A stretch of 64,000 bases of DNA from Diplonema japonicum (taxonomy: Eukaryota > Protista > Euglenozoa: Diplonemea): contig OZ025668.1 in NCBI GenBank assembly GCA_964019335.1, forward strand, positions 638,525 through 702,524, written 5' to 3'. Positions 11,308-22,545 of this stretch are shown in pieces (position 1 is the first letter of the stretch; every line of letters starts with the position of its first letter). Made by a program: the position numbers and the translations under genes. Under the pieces are notes generated by a model. The model made no database searches. It worked only from the letters and a program-made list of their open reading frames with translations, and was not told the DNA's origin.

Positions 11308-14300
11308 TTACAGCACGTACTCCTTGACATTGGTGTCGTTCTGCTTGCTGCGGAAAGGCGACGTGAAGACGGGTGAGGTGGGTTTCTTGTGGAAGCTCCC
11401 GTCCTTTAAGGGACTGGACGCGCCTGGATCCTTCTTCTTGACGAGATTCCTGAGCCACGTACGTGGACGGGATCCCTGTGTTGCTTTGTGTTGCTGCTGT
11501 GTCATACCTCTTCGATTTGCTCTACGCTGCTCTCCCTCTGTCCTATCTGCGCCCTCAGCTCTTCTGCTTCATTCTCCATCACCGCCAGCCTCTCTGCCGT
11601 CTGTTGCACTTCTTCGAACCTCTGTTGCTCTTCCTTTTCTAGTGTCTCAGCGTTAACCTTCAGTTCCACCACCTCCACCTAAGAGGGTTTGCTATCAACC
11701 AACTTGCATACCTGTGCAGCCACAAGCTTCTTCGTCAGAACTGCAATCTGTTCCTTCAGGTGCACGTTGCGCACCGCTAGCTCCGACGGCGTTGCACCCA
11801 GCATCACCTGATGTGAATACAACATAAGGCAACATGCATACCTCGCGTGCCTCCAAACGGATCACTGCGTCATCGGTGCCCTCCTGCAGTGTGAAGGCCA
11901 CGTCCCCCCGTGCCAGGGCCTGCACCACCGTTGTCAGCGTCGTGAAGGGCTTCCCGTTGACGTACTTGATGATCATCCCTTCACGCATCCCTGACCGCTC
12001 GGCAAAGCCACCAGGTGTCACCTTGCATATCACGTTGCCGTCAATCTGCATATCGAGGGACGCAAGGCCCTTCTCAAGGGTGAAGGTGTACTCCGACTTC
12101 CTGAGCGAGTCCTTCGTGTCGTGCAGGGCCTTCTTCAGGTCGATATAAGTCTGCATCAGGCGGTCCTGCAGCGCGAAGGCATCCACTGCGGGCTGCTCCG
12201 CAGGTGATCCTGATCCGGATAGTTTCGTACTGAGGACGTCAACTTCGGTCTGCAGCATCACAACCTTCTGTCTGCTGTCATGTTCGCTCACCTTCAGCGT
12301 TGCGGCCTCATCTCTCGCACGCTGCAGCTTCCGCTGCCACATGTCCCTCTCATCGGCGAAGCGTTCAAATGCGTTGGCGTCAACATCTACCATCCTTGCA
12401 AGCCTGTCCTTCTGTTCTTGCGCCTGCCTGCCCACGGTAGACAGGGCCAGTGCAAGCTCGTCTTTTTCTTTCTTCATTTTCAATAGTTCCTTGCTCTCAT
12501 GGCCATTGCCTGGTGTGTTTAACATGTCTGCCAACTCAGCCTTTGCAGAATCATGTTCCTTCTGCGTCTTGCTGAGCACCTCTTCCAGCGTTGCAATGCT
12601 GTGCCGTGCGCTTGTCAGCAAGGCCTTCAACTCCTCAACCTCGGTTCTTGCAGCTTCATCTTTGGCTGGATTGGCTTCTGCCGCTTCATGGTCCGCTTTG
12701 GCGCTCGTCAGCTGCCTCTCGAGATCATCTATCGTAGTTGCTGCATTGTTCGCTTCTCTCGAAGACTTACTTATCAGCGCTTGTATTTCCTTCGCATGTA
12801 CCTCCACTTGTTCCTCAAGTCCTACCGCTCCTTCCTGCCTTTTACTGAGCTCGGTCTCCAGTTCTGTTATTTTCTTCCCGAGGTTAGCAAGCTCGTCTTG
12901 TAGTGTCAGCACCTCTCCATCCTTCTCTCCCAACTGCGCAACAAGCCCTTTCGCTACTTCCTGACCTTCCCTCAGCTCCGTCTCAAGATTGCCTACTTTA
13001 CTTTCAAACTCAGTGGCCGTTTCTTGAAGTTGGTTCTTCATGTCCGTTTCAGCCACCAAAGATGCTTCAATGCTCTTAACTTTTGCCTCAAGTCCTTCGA
13101 CAACTGCCCTTGAACCTTCTGCCCCTTCAAGCTGGGCCTGCTTAAGGATGGTAAGCTCTTCTTCGAGTGATGTGACCTTCGCTGTTTGCAACTCAGAATC
13201 AGAAATCAGTTTTGCAGATACCGCTTCTTTTGCTTCCAGTTGTTCTTTTAGTGTAACTACTTCAGTGTTCCGTGTGTCAGTTTCCTCTTTCAGTGTTGTC
13301 ATCTCTGCTTCCGCTGCTTCAAGTGCCGCCCTCTTCTTGGATACTTCTTCCTCCAAGTCACTTATCTTGCTGGCCATGTCACTTGAGGCGGTTTCCATGT
13401 CTGTTAACTTCGCTGACAGCTCTCCCTGGGTATCAGCACTGCCCATCAAAGCGGTCTTCTCTTCCTCCAGTGCAGCAATTTTCACTTCCTGTTCTGCGAC
13501 TGTACTTTCCCTTGTCAGAATAACCGCTTTCAAGGATGCCACATCCTCTGACAGTTGCACGTTGTTGCATTTCACCTCCTTCAGGTCTTTTTCCAATTGG
13601 GTGCACTCTGCTTGCTTGGTGCTGGAGGCACCCTGTGAATCCAACTCCTTCGCCTCCAGTTCTAAAAGTCTGTCAGTTAATGCTTGAACTTCTTCGCTGT
13701 GTCGTGTTTCCTTATCCCCCAACTGTGCAATAAGCCCTTCTGCCACTTCCCGACCTTTAGTCAATTCAGTCTCAAGGTCACCCACCTTACTGCTGTATTC
13801 GGTCGCCTTTTCTTCCAGAGACGTTTCAATGCTCTTAACTTTTGCCTCAAGTCCTTCGACAACTGCCCTCGAACCTTCTGCCCCTTCAAGCTGGGCCTGC
13901 TTAAGGATGGTAAGCTCTTCTTCAAGTGATGTGACCTTCGCTGTTTGCAACTCAGAATCAGAAATCAGTTTTGCAGATACCGCTTCTTTTGCTTCCAGTT
14001 GTTCTTTTAGTGTAACTACTTCAGTGTTCCGTGTGTCTGCTTCCTCTTTCAGTGTTGTCATCTCTGCTTCTGCTGCTTCAAGTGCCGCCCTCTTCTTGGA
14101 TACTTCTTCCTCCAAGTCACTCATCTTAGTGACCATCTCACCTGAGGCGGTTTCCATGTCTGCCACTTTTGCATTGGATGCAGTTAACTTTGCTGACAGC
14201 TCTCCCTGGGTATCAGCACTGCCCATCAAAGCGGTCTTCTCTTCCTCCAGTGCAGCAATTCTCGCTTCCTGTTCTGCGACTGCACTTTCCTTTATCGCTA

Positions 14301-16217
14301 TATCCGCTTTCAGGGATGCCACCAGTTCCTCGTTGTTGCATTTCGCCTCCTCCAGGTCTTTTTCCAATTGGGTGCACTCTGCTTGCTTGGCATCACAGGT
14401 CTTCACTAAAGCGTCCGTCTCCTTTGTCTTGCTTTCAAGTTCTGATTTCAGTGTCAGCACCTCTCCATCCTTCTCTCCCAACTGCGCAACAAGCCCTTTC
14501 GCTACTTCCTGACCTTCCCTCAGCTCCGTCTCAAGATTGCCTACTTTACTTTCAAACTCAGTGGCCGTTTCTTGAAGTTGGTTCTTCATGTCCGTTTCAG
14601 CCACCAAAGATGCTTCAATGCTCTTAACTTTTGCCTCAAGTCCTTCGACAACTGCCCTTGAACCTTCTGCCCCTTCAAGCTGGGCCTGCTTAAGGATGGT
14701 AAGCTCTTCTTCGAGTGATGTGACCTTCGCTGTTTGCAACTCAGAATCAGAAATCAGTTTTGCAGATACCGCTTCTTTTGCTTCCAGTTGTTCTTTTAGT
14801 GTAACTACTTCAGTGTTCCGTGTGTCAGTTTCCTCTTTCAGTGTTGTCATCTCTGCTTCCGCTGCTTCAAGTGCCGCCCTCTTCTTGGATACTTCTTCCT
14901 CCAAGTCACTGATCTTGCTGGCCATGTCACTTGAGGCGGTTTCCAGGTCTGCGATCCTCGAAAGTGCTGCCTTCGCTTCTTCCACATCAGCCACGAGCAC
15001 AGCGTTGGCGGATGTCTGTGTTGGTGATGTGCAGTTGCGCGCATACCAAAGACTGCATCTGCTCCTGCGACTCCTCAAGATCTAGCGCGAGGGCATCCAC
15101 CTTGTCGTTGCTCTGCAAAGAGTATTTGTGATTGCGCGTGATACCTTCTGCAAGTCCTGTTTGGTTGCTTCTAGCTGCTCTGTGATGCCCTGCAGCTTTG
15201 TTGCACTCTCCTCCCCACCTCTGAGGTGTTCATCGTGGTCGGATTGAAGGTTCGTGAACTTGATCTTCAGCTCACGGTGGAGGGCATCCTGTGCTGCGTT
15301 TATTAAGAATGTACACACACCTTCTCGCCTAGTTCGGTGTTCACTGCTTCGAGTTCTGAGTTTCGTGTCTTCAGCAGCTGTTGACATTGGGTAAGTTCTC
15401 TATCCAAGACATCTAATTGCTTCCCTTTCTCAGCAATGCTTGCCCATAGCTGTCTGGTGGCTTCCGCGGTCTCATTCTCCGCTTCAGTGTTGTTGTTCAC
15501 TCGCGCCTCGAGCATCGAGACTTGCATCTTATACTCGTCAGACTGTTCTAAGGTAGCCTGTAGTTCCTTATCCATCTGTTGCACGTGCTTTTGTTCTGAA
15601 TCTAACTTCACTTGCAGGCTAGCAATGTCATCCTGGAGTCCTTCCATCTTCACAATCGCTTCTCTAGCTTGCTTCAACTCCGACGAGAGGCGTTTCTGTT
15701 GCTGTTGCGCGCTCCGCTCAGCAATCATTCTATCTGTTTCGCTCGACTCCACGTTCCGTGTCATCTCTGACAGTTGTTGCTGCAGAGTGCTGTTCAGGGC
15801 CGTCGCCGCAGCCAGCCTATCGGACAGGCCTTCAGGCGTGCTTGTTGCAGCCTCTCTCAACACCTTGTTCTCCACTTCAAGCATGTTCAGTTGCGCTCCT
15901 AGTTCTTCCTTCGACAGTTCAGAGATGTCCCTTGAAGCAGCCTGCTTGCTGCCCTTCAGTGCTTCTGTCAGGGAGGCCAGTAGTTTTGAGTTTGAGTTTG
16001 TAAGAATGTACGGATGTTTCAAATCCTTCCCTGCAAGCACCACCTGCGATGCGTCCCCATCCACGCTCACTGCCTCCAAGTCTATGACTCCTAAGGGCTT
16101 GTCGTTGTAGTACACGAGCTTCGTTCCTCTCAACTCAAACCACCGCTCTCTGTCTCTGCTGAGGGCACCCCTGCCGCTCTTTGTCAGGTTTCCCTGCCAC
16201 ATGGCACCGCTATTCAT
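11308..16217 (-). CDS. Large PH-domain/coiled-coil/PDZ-like protein; six phase-0 introns (11476-11507, 11679-11711, 11808-11841, 15016-15046, 15113-15144, 15289-15320)
   Basis: N-terminal PH (WQGNLTKSG...ERWFEL...LVYY), heptad coiled coil, PDZ-like (VTPGGFAERSGMREGMIIKYVNG); removing the introns joins four ORF-track pieces plus three short exons in frame. Confidence 0.8.
12903..14945. repeat. Internal ~760-790-bp tandem repeat (~2.6 copies) in the coiled-coil CDS
   Basis: Near-identical blocks at ~13065/13824/14613 and 12903/14451. Confidence 0.9.
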
Positions 16218-16293
16218 TTTGCTGTCTTGTGATGCCTGTAACTACTGTAACTACTGCATGTAGGCTGCAAGATATAAATCACGGTCAACATGT

Positions 16294-17022
16294 TCATTTT
16301 ATAACTTTCTTCTTCGCCCGTCTCGCCTTGTAACGGTAGATGCACAACAGGGCACCCACTACACCGCCTACAGCAAGGTGGGAGTACCAAAGGGGTTCTG
16401 AAGGGTCAGTTCTTCGTTGAGGGAGCTCCATTACAAAGCGTTTTTTTGGTTTCTCGGTAGAGGGGGTTGAGGGCTCTTCCTTGGCAATAGGTGGCACGGG
16501 CGGCTCAGGTGTAGGTGGTGCCGGTGAGCTCCTATACTTGTACATGAGTGCTGCCGCTTCTTTGAGAGTTATTTCTGGGCGTGTTTGGTTACGGTGCCCT
16601 GCAATACACAACAGGTTGATGCAGTGTCTGCTACCTTGTTCGTCAGGGATGTCGTGTCCTAGATGAGTACCACACGCGCTCCGCACCTCCCCATCGGGGT
16701 CGCGGATCACGTTGCCCCAGTACACTTCAGCGTCTCTGAAACTTGGCCACCCATGCGCTAGTGACTCTTCCCACCAATCCTGGAGGGACCTGTTCACTTT
16801 GTACAATGGGATTCCGCAGCTGGAATCATAGAATACATGCTTGTCCTTCACCTTCTGTATCAGTTTGAAGTAGTAATGCAACCCTGCCGGCTCTGCTAGA
16901 TCCTTATTCCCTCCACAGCACACCCATCCTACCTTGTCAGCAAGATTGTCCAACTCAAATTTTAAGTGTGGTTGCATAACACACGCCTGTGCAGCAGCTG
17001 CTGCTAGCACCAATAGCAGCAT
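16294..17022 (-). CDS. MsrB/SelR-like methionine sulfoxide reductase with signal peptide and C-terminal TM anchor
   Basis: GWPSF, GEVRSACGTHLGH, RHCIN motifs; hydrophobic N-terminus; LAVGGVVGALLCIY followed by a basic tail. Confidence 0.8.
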   Translation of the reverse strand: MLLLVLAAAAAQACVMQPHLKFELDNLADKVGWVCCGGNKDLAEPAGLHYYFKLIQKVKDKHVFYDSSCGIPLYKVNRSLQDWWEESLAHGWPSFRDAEVYWGNVIRDPDGEVRSACGTHLGHDIPDEQGSRHCINLLCIAGHRNQTRPEITLKEAAALMYKYRSSPAPPTPEPPVPPIAKEEPSTPSTEKPKKRFVMELPQRRTDPSEPLWYSHLAVGGVVGALLCIYRYKARRAKKKVIK

Positions 17023-17083
17023 ATCCCAACCCTTCCTAAGTGGAATGAATGAATACTACGGTATAATACTACGGGCAAGTGAA

Positions 17084-17734
17084 TCATCCTTTCTTTTCCT
17101 GCAGCTCAACATCATTGTCATTGTCCGCCTTGAGGGGCGCTTGAGGTGCATCTAGCTTATGGTATGTCTCGGCTTGCTTCTTGAGTGGGATATGGGCGAT
17201 GTAAGACAGTCCAATGTCATGTATTCCGTCTGTGAGGGCGTAGAGGATGAATCGGTATGGAGGGTGCAGGAGGGTCCATTGGATGATGATGACAGGCGGC
17301 CAGAGGAGCCAGTCAAGAATGAGGACTTTGTTGAAGTCTTGACGGAGCTTGTGTGACACTGTAGCAGTAGAGGATTTGAGCATCGTGTGGTTGGCACCGA
17401 TGACCACGTTGTTTGCTAGCACAGTCCCAATGCACTTCCTAGCGAGCTCTATGCAGATGATGTGTGCCGTAGACAAGCCTCGATGCAGCATGCCAAACCA
17501 CTTCGAGAGCGACCATCCAGCTAACACCCCAAATCCTGCAAACCTCGCCGTCCGCCTCGGGCAGTATAGCCTCCCCTCCACTCCATCATCCCCGTCGGTT
17601 ACCTCCTCTTCCTCTTCTCCTTCATCCATTTTCCACTTCCTTCGCTCGATCCCAAACTGCGCCACAATATCTGCAGTCGCCATAGTGCAGCTCATCAACC
17701 CTGCACATCCCAGTATCAGCGGCCAGCTTGGCAT
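17084..17734 (-). CDS. Mpv17/PMP22 family membrane protein
   Basis: ADIVAQ, RRTARFAGFG, WLLWPPV, PPYR motifs. Confidence 0.8.
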   Translation of the reverse strand: MPSWPLILGCAGLMSCTMATADIVAQFGIERRKWKMDEGEEEEEVTDGDDGVEGRLYCPRRTARFAGFGVLAGWSLSKWFGMLHRGLSTAHIICIELARKCIGTVLANNVVIGANHTMLKSSTATVSHKLRQDFNKVLILDWLLWPPVIIIQWTLLHPPYRFILYALTDGIHDIGLSYIAHIPLKKQAETYHKLDAPQAPLKADNDNDVELQEKKG

Positions 17735-17793
17735 CGTCAGTGTAACTGTCAGCAGTGAGCATAGTGAGCAGGCTAAAGCTAACTGATCAAATA

Positions 17794-18840
17794 CTAAAAA
17801 CGGCTCCTTCGTAAGTAAGGACGTTGTAAGGAAAATTGTGAGATGCTGTCTGCAGCTGTAGCACGAGCTGTCGCTGAGGGCGTCGAATGAGCATCGGGGG
17901 TGCGCTTCAGAACCTTGCCACCTCTGCGCAGCATGAGAGGGATCTTTGGGGCTTGGGAAGCAGGAATGAGGGCAGGGTTTCTTGCATAGGTGTAAAACCT
18001 TGTAAATGGCGGTGTAGGTAGAAAGCCCATAGCATCTGTAACTGCGTAGTAGTGTGCAGCGGCCTTATCCCGCTTGTAACTAAGAGCGTAGACCGTCATC
18101 AGTAGCTCGTGGAGAGTCATGCTGCTCGCATTACAACACTTGCTGTGCACCTCTTCGCAGAACGTAACATAACTTTCAATCTCATCGTTCGTCAGGATAC
18201 CAGCTTTAATGGCGTCCCGCACACCTGTCAGGCAGAGGGCACCTGTGATAAGTGTCGGTTGCAGGAGGTCTGTGCAGAACATCCCCCACACTTCCTGAAC
18301 ACCCTTTAAAAACATCTGCTTCTTAAACGCGGTGATAGCACTGTTCCAGAAAGGAGGGTCGGCGACAACGGAGAGGTCGACACGCCACTGCAGTACTTCA
18401 TAAATCTGATGCACGGTGTCGCACTGCGTAAGAAGCTTCGCAAGGCTCTTAATGTCACATGTCACGTTGTGTTCTAACTCAAAGCGCTTGATCACGATCG
18501 GTAAGCGTTCAAAAGGTTCTTGCACCAGACATGCCTCCAAGGTGCGCACAGTGGGCTTCAGGCCTTGTTGGATCATGCTGAGCAAGAGGGTATCCCCAAA
18601 CTTCTTATTCCCCGCCTCGCGCCAGCCTTTAATCAAGATGTTGTACACAACAACCGGTACTGGCACCCGTGCCCTCCTCATAGCGCCCAGGACATCCCCG
18701 CACGCTCGCATGTTCCCATTCTCGTATTCAAACAAAATCGCCTGCTTCCACGCCTCTCTCTCTGTGAAGTTCTTTCCCTCCAACCTCCTCGCCAGTGCTG
18801 GGCTCCCTTTTAATAAACGCAGCACCCGTTGACTCGCCAT
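17794..18840 (-). CDS. Pentatricopeptide-repeat (PPR) protein
   Basis: VVVYNILIKGWREAG...MIQQGLKPTVRT and FWNSAITAF PPR-like motifs. Confidence 0.7.
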   Translation of the reverse strand: MASQRVLRLLKGSPALARRLEGKNFTEREAWKQAILFEYENGNMRACGDVLGAMRRARVPVPVVVYNILIKGWREAGNKKFGDTLLLSMIQQGLKPTVRTLEACLVQEPFERLPIVIKRFELEHNVTCDIKSLAKLLTQCDTVHQIYEVLQWRVDLSVVADPPFWNSAITAFKKQMFLKGVQEVWGMFCTDLLQPTLITGALCLTGVRDAIKAGILTNDEIESYVTFCEEVHSKCCNASSMTLHELLMTVYALSYKRDKAAAHYYAVTDAMGFLPTPPFTRFYTYARNPALIPASQAPKIPLMLRRGGKVLKRTPDAHSTPSATARATAADSISQFSLQRPYLRRSRF

Positions 18841-18942
18841 CTGTTATTTTACTTAATGTGCATCGCAACAACAACAACAACATGCAAAGCAGCAAAGATC
18901 TCAAGAGGGTAAATAATCTCAAAGGAAGGGAAAGGCTAAGAT

Positions 18943-19773
18943 CTAGGAATCCGTGGGTTTCGGGATGTCGAAGACTATAGGGGGTCTGAGGGGGAGCTGG
19001 AAAGGGATGCGCGACAGCGCAGCATTCACGAAATGGGTGTGTACATCAGGGTTCACGGGGGAGACACCGTAGGACTGGTGGTAATGGCCGTGAATATGGA
19101 TAGTGGGCTTAACATCAGTGATGACCTTGTTGTAAAGGAAACGGTTCCCCACTGACGAGTGTGAGGGAATGAACGGCGAAGTGTGCGTCACCAGCACATC
19201 CACAGGTGGAATTTGCTCCAATTTGCTGTGCAGCTCGTCATTTGTGGCATGCTGCCAAGCGTTGTTGTTTGACGGCGACTTCTCAGAGTGGGGTGTGCCA
19301 TAGAAGGAAAGCCCTTCTATCACTGTAGAGCTGTCCTCCAGGTACACACAGGGGTCGAAGAACGCTTCTCTTTCTTCCGCTGTTTTGTATATCTCTTTCA
19401 GCATACTGTCATGATTGCCACCTATCACCACCTTGTGCGTCGCTTTCTGCCTGCAGAGCCACTCTTTGAACTCCGGCATTTCGTTGCCGCCGTCCACTGT
19501 GCAGATGTCACCGCAGTGCACAAGAATATCACACTCCGGCAGATCCAGTGTCTCATGCCACCCATGCGTGTCAGAAATGCACACAACCCGCAGCCCAGTT
19601 GATTCTTTTGCATAATACGCATCGGGGCACAAGTCCTCTGTCGTCCGTGTCTTCAAGTCATAAAACAAGTACCTCTGCGGTGGTTGGAGGACATTCAAGC
19701 TCCAATACATCATCCTCCTCAGTACTTTCATAACTATTCGGGCTACTTGCTTTATCCACCTTGAACCGAACAT
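18943..19773 (-). CDS. Calcineurin-like metallophosphoesterase (MPPED-like)
   Basis: ISDTH, HCGD, GNHD, LVTH, HGHYH motifs. Confidence 0.9.
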   Translation of the reverse strand: MFGSRWIKQVARIVMKVLRRMMYWSLNVLQPPQRYLFYDLKTRTTEDLCPDAYYAKESTGLRVVCISDTHGWHETLDLPECDILVHCGDICTVDGGNEMPEFKEWLCRQKATHKVVIGGNHDSMLKEIYKTAEEREAFFDPCVYLEDSSTVIEGLSFYGTPHSEKSPSNNNAWQHATNDELHSKLEQIPPVDVLVTHTSPFIPSHSSVGNRFLYNKVITDVKPTIHIHGHYHQSYGVSPVNPDVHTHFVNAALSRIPFQLPLRPPIVFDIPKPTDS

Positions 19774-20133
19774 ATATTTATGGTGGATTGTTCACTATTT
19801 ATCATTTGTGGCATTTTTTTTCTGTCCCCCATTTGAAAAAGTCAAGACAACAGGTTTTTTTCAGCATCAGATACGAGCATCACAAATCTTAAACCCCGTG
19901 TGACGTGTCTGGGTCACCTCCCAAGAACTCCCGCGTTGAGGCGTACTGGCAAGTACCCCCTTTTTTTTCATTCCACACAGCGCCCATCATCGTCCTGTGT
20001 GCAGTGCGCAGTTCAGGGGATTAATCAACATAAGGATCAGACCAGACCATAAGGACCATATAAAGAAACATGGAACGAAACCAAGTGTAAATAACAACAC
20101 GGAATGTCAGTGTACATGAAGGATACAATATTG

Positions 20134-20610
20134 CTAAGACTGGTTCAGAGGTGCCAGCAACCGTCTCTTCAGTTTGTTCTCCCTGTCGTTCGAGTGCATG
20201 GATGCTATGGTGTCGTGGTACTTCAGGAGGTCCGCTGTGGTGTACGTCTTCGCCTGTTTCGGGCGCGAGTGAGGCACCGCAAGGATTTTAGAAGCTGTGA
20301 CAGACACGAGGTTCTCCTGCTTCCTGTTTGGGAATCTGATATCGGGGATGTCTAGGTTGCGACACAGAGGTGTATCTCGGCTCACAACTACACTGCTGTT
20401 CCATCCTCTTTCAACAATTTTCGGCACCGGCTTCTTCCTGCTTTCCGACAGCACAGGTGGCACAGGTGTCGTCTTTCTCTTAGGCACCTCCTGCGTGTGC
20501 AGAGTCCCCTTCATGAACATACTACGTAGGACTTTAACATCATCGCTCATCAGCCCCCCACCTGTTGGATTGTTGGCATGAAGCATGGACCACTCACAGG
20601 TTGTATTCAT
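20134..20610 (-). CDS. Hypothetical basic protein (start uncertain)
   Basis: Complex-sequence ORF on the array strand directly downstream of the TFIIE-beta-like stop codon. Confidence 0.45.
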   Translation of the reverse strand: MNTTCEWSMLHANNPTGGGLMSDDVKVLRSMFMKGTLHTQEVPKRKTTPVPPVLSESRKKPVPKIVERGWNSSVVVSRDTPLCRNLDIPDIRFPNRKQENLVSVTASKILAVPHSRPKQAKTYTTADLLKYHDTIASMHSNDRENKLKRRLLAPLNQS

Positions 20611-20614
20611 CAAC

Positions 20615-21739
20615 TTAATCTTCCTCCTCTTCTTCTTCTTCTGCTGCCTCTTTCTTCTTTTTCTTCTCTTCTTTGTGTGTTTTCTTGCGCTCAAACCTCC
20701 GCACTGACTTGACGCGTTCAGCCACTTCTGTGAAGTTGAACGGTTTTCCAAAGTCATAGGTCAGCCCCCGCTCGTCGGGGGTCTTCATGTGCTCGTTGAG
20801 TTCTGCCTTGATGAACCGTGCCTTCTTCGCCGCTTTCTGGGAAGCGGCATTGGAACCAATCTCTATGTCTGACCTCTTAAAAGGTGGGAATGTCTTGTCT
20901 TCTTCCATCTGTCTTGCAATGCGCCTCTTGTCGTCAGTGTTTGCAGAGCACCACAGCCGTCGTGCGTTCTTGGAGAGACTTCGCATGGAGTCGAGGAGTT
21001 TCGCTGCTTGCGCGTCGCCATCACCGTGCGTCTTGTACAGCACCGCATTGGCTCTCTTCGACTTGTCTGTGATACTGGAAATCATCTCCTCTACACGTTC
21101 TTCATTCGTTTTTTCTTGGTCCTCCTCTGGCTTGTTGCCGAGTGCTATATTCTTCACGCCAAGCAACACACCACTCCTGAGGCCTTGCATCACATCCTCC
21201 TCCACATCTGGGTACATCCTTTCGAGTCTTCTAACCCCCACGCCCACTGCTCTTGCGCCGTTTGGGTTTATCACCGAAGGCAAGAGGGACAGCAGCGTCG
21301 GCCAGTCGTGAGCATTGTAGTCCCAGATGTACTTGAACACAAGGTACGATTTGTTTCTGTCCTGTCGTTGTTGTACCTCTACGCTAGGGTGGTGTTTGAG
21401 GTAGTGCAATAAGTTATGACCTGTGCCCTCCTCCGTGATCCCCTCGTCCCCTTCTGGGGTAAGATGCAGCTTCACGCTGTCCTCGATCTCCTCCTGCCGC
21501 ACTCCATTGTTCCGTGTTGTGTCTTGCAAGTAGTCCAGTATTCTGTTGCATGCTTCGTTCCACGTTTCATCCCTCCGCTGTGGGGTTTCCCATGACCGGG
21601 CAACGACAACCTCTTCCCCGCTCTGCGTGGGGGGAGGTGTCCGCCGACCTTGCTGGGAAACAGGGACCCGTCTTTTCTGCTTTACTGCTTTTGCCTCGCG
21701 CTTATTGTTTTTTTTAATAGCATTTTCGAATGCAGACAT
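20615..21739 (-). CDS. Transcription factor IIE beta-subunit-like protein
   Basis: RILDYL, LKHHPSV, F-K-Y..Y.....LL.LL, L...YP....D, LW and C-terminal NEHM follow the TFIIE-beta/Tfa2 motif order. Confidence 0.6.
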   Translation of the reverse strand: MSAFENAIKKNNKREAKAVKQKRRVPVSQQGRRTPPPTQSGEEVVVARSWETPQRRDETWNEACNRILDYLQDTTRNNGVRQEEIEDSVKLHLTPEGDEGITEEGTGHNLLHYLKHHPSVEVQQRQDRNKSYLVFKYIWDYNAHDWPTLLSLLPSVINPNGARAVGVGVRRLERMYPDVEEDVMQGLRSGVLLGVKNIALGNKPEEDQEKTNEERVEEMISSITDKSKRANAVLYKTHGDGDAQAAKLLDSMRSLSKNARRLWCSANTDDKRRIARQMEEDKTFPPFKRSDIEIGSNAASQKAAKKARFIKAELNEHMKTPDERGLTYDFGKPFNFTEVAERVKSVRRFERKKTHKEEKKKKKEAAEEEEEEED

Positions 21740-22545
21740 TCCCCCCGTGGCTGCGATGGCGATGCAACGGAAGCAAGATACTAATAGGAATAGTACATCA
21801 ACTACAACAAAGGAAATGCCGCGCTGTGGGCTTTAAAGCCGAACCAGAAGAAACAAAAAAAGAATATATATACGTAGGGAGGCGGCCAAGAAGTCACTCT
21901 ACTTCTTGTTACCGACAACATGCGCCTGGGAGACAGAACTCAAAGACCCTGTACTATTCCCATGGCGCACGAGGAAAGGACTAACCATATAGGTGATGCT
22001 AATTCAGCATCACGCACCCTCAAAATCAATTCAAGATGCACAGGTGTTACTTCGTTCAGGTATACGTTTCTAAGGGAGAACAGAAAGAAGGGGAAATAAG
22101 AAAAAAAACGGGTGTGATGCATTCAAAAACCCAACCGATTCCATATTCATGCCGACAGGTTTGTCCTGCTTTTTCAATCAAGATTCTCTTTTTAAGAAGA
22201 AGAGAGAGAGAGAAAAGAGAAAAAAGAAGAGAAAAGTATGTTTTCACTTTTTTGTCTTTTTTTTTTTAACTCCCTCGGCGGCCCTGCTTCGCAAGGGAGA
22301 GTGCCTGCTATTGTTCAGCATGCGACCCTGCTTCAAGTGACACAGGCTACCGCCGAAGGAAGATAATGATGTTTGCGCGGAACGCGAACCAAGAAAAACT
22401 GGCATGCCACGTGTCAACTGGCACGAGGAAAGCCAAGCGGGGGGGGGGGGCAAAATAAAAAGAAAAATGTCTTTAGTTGCAAAAGAACAACGAACAACGA
22501 ACAACCTACCACTAAGACTAAGGCTACAAGGACGGCGTGGTCGGA

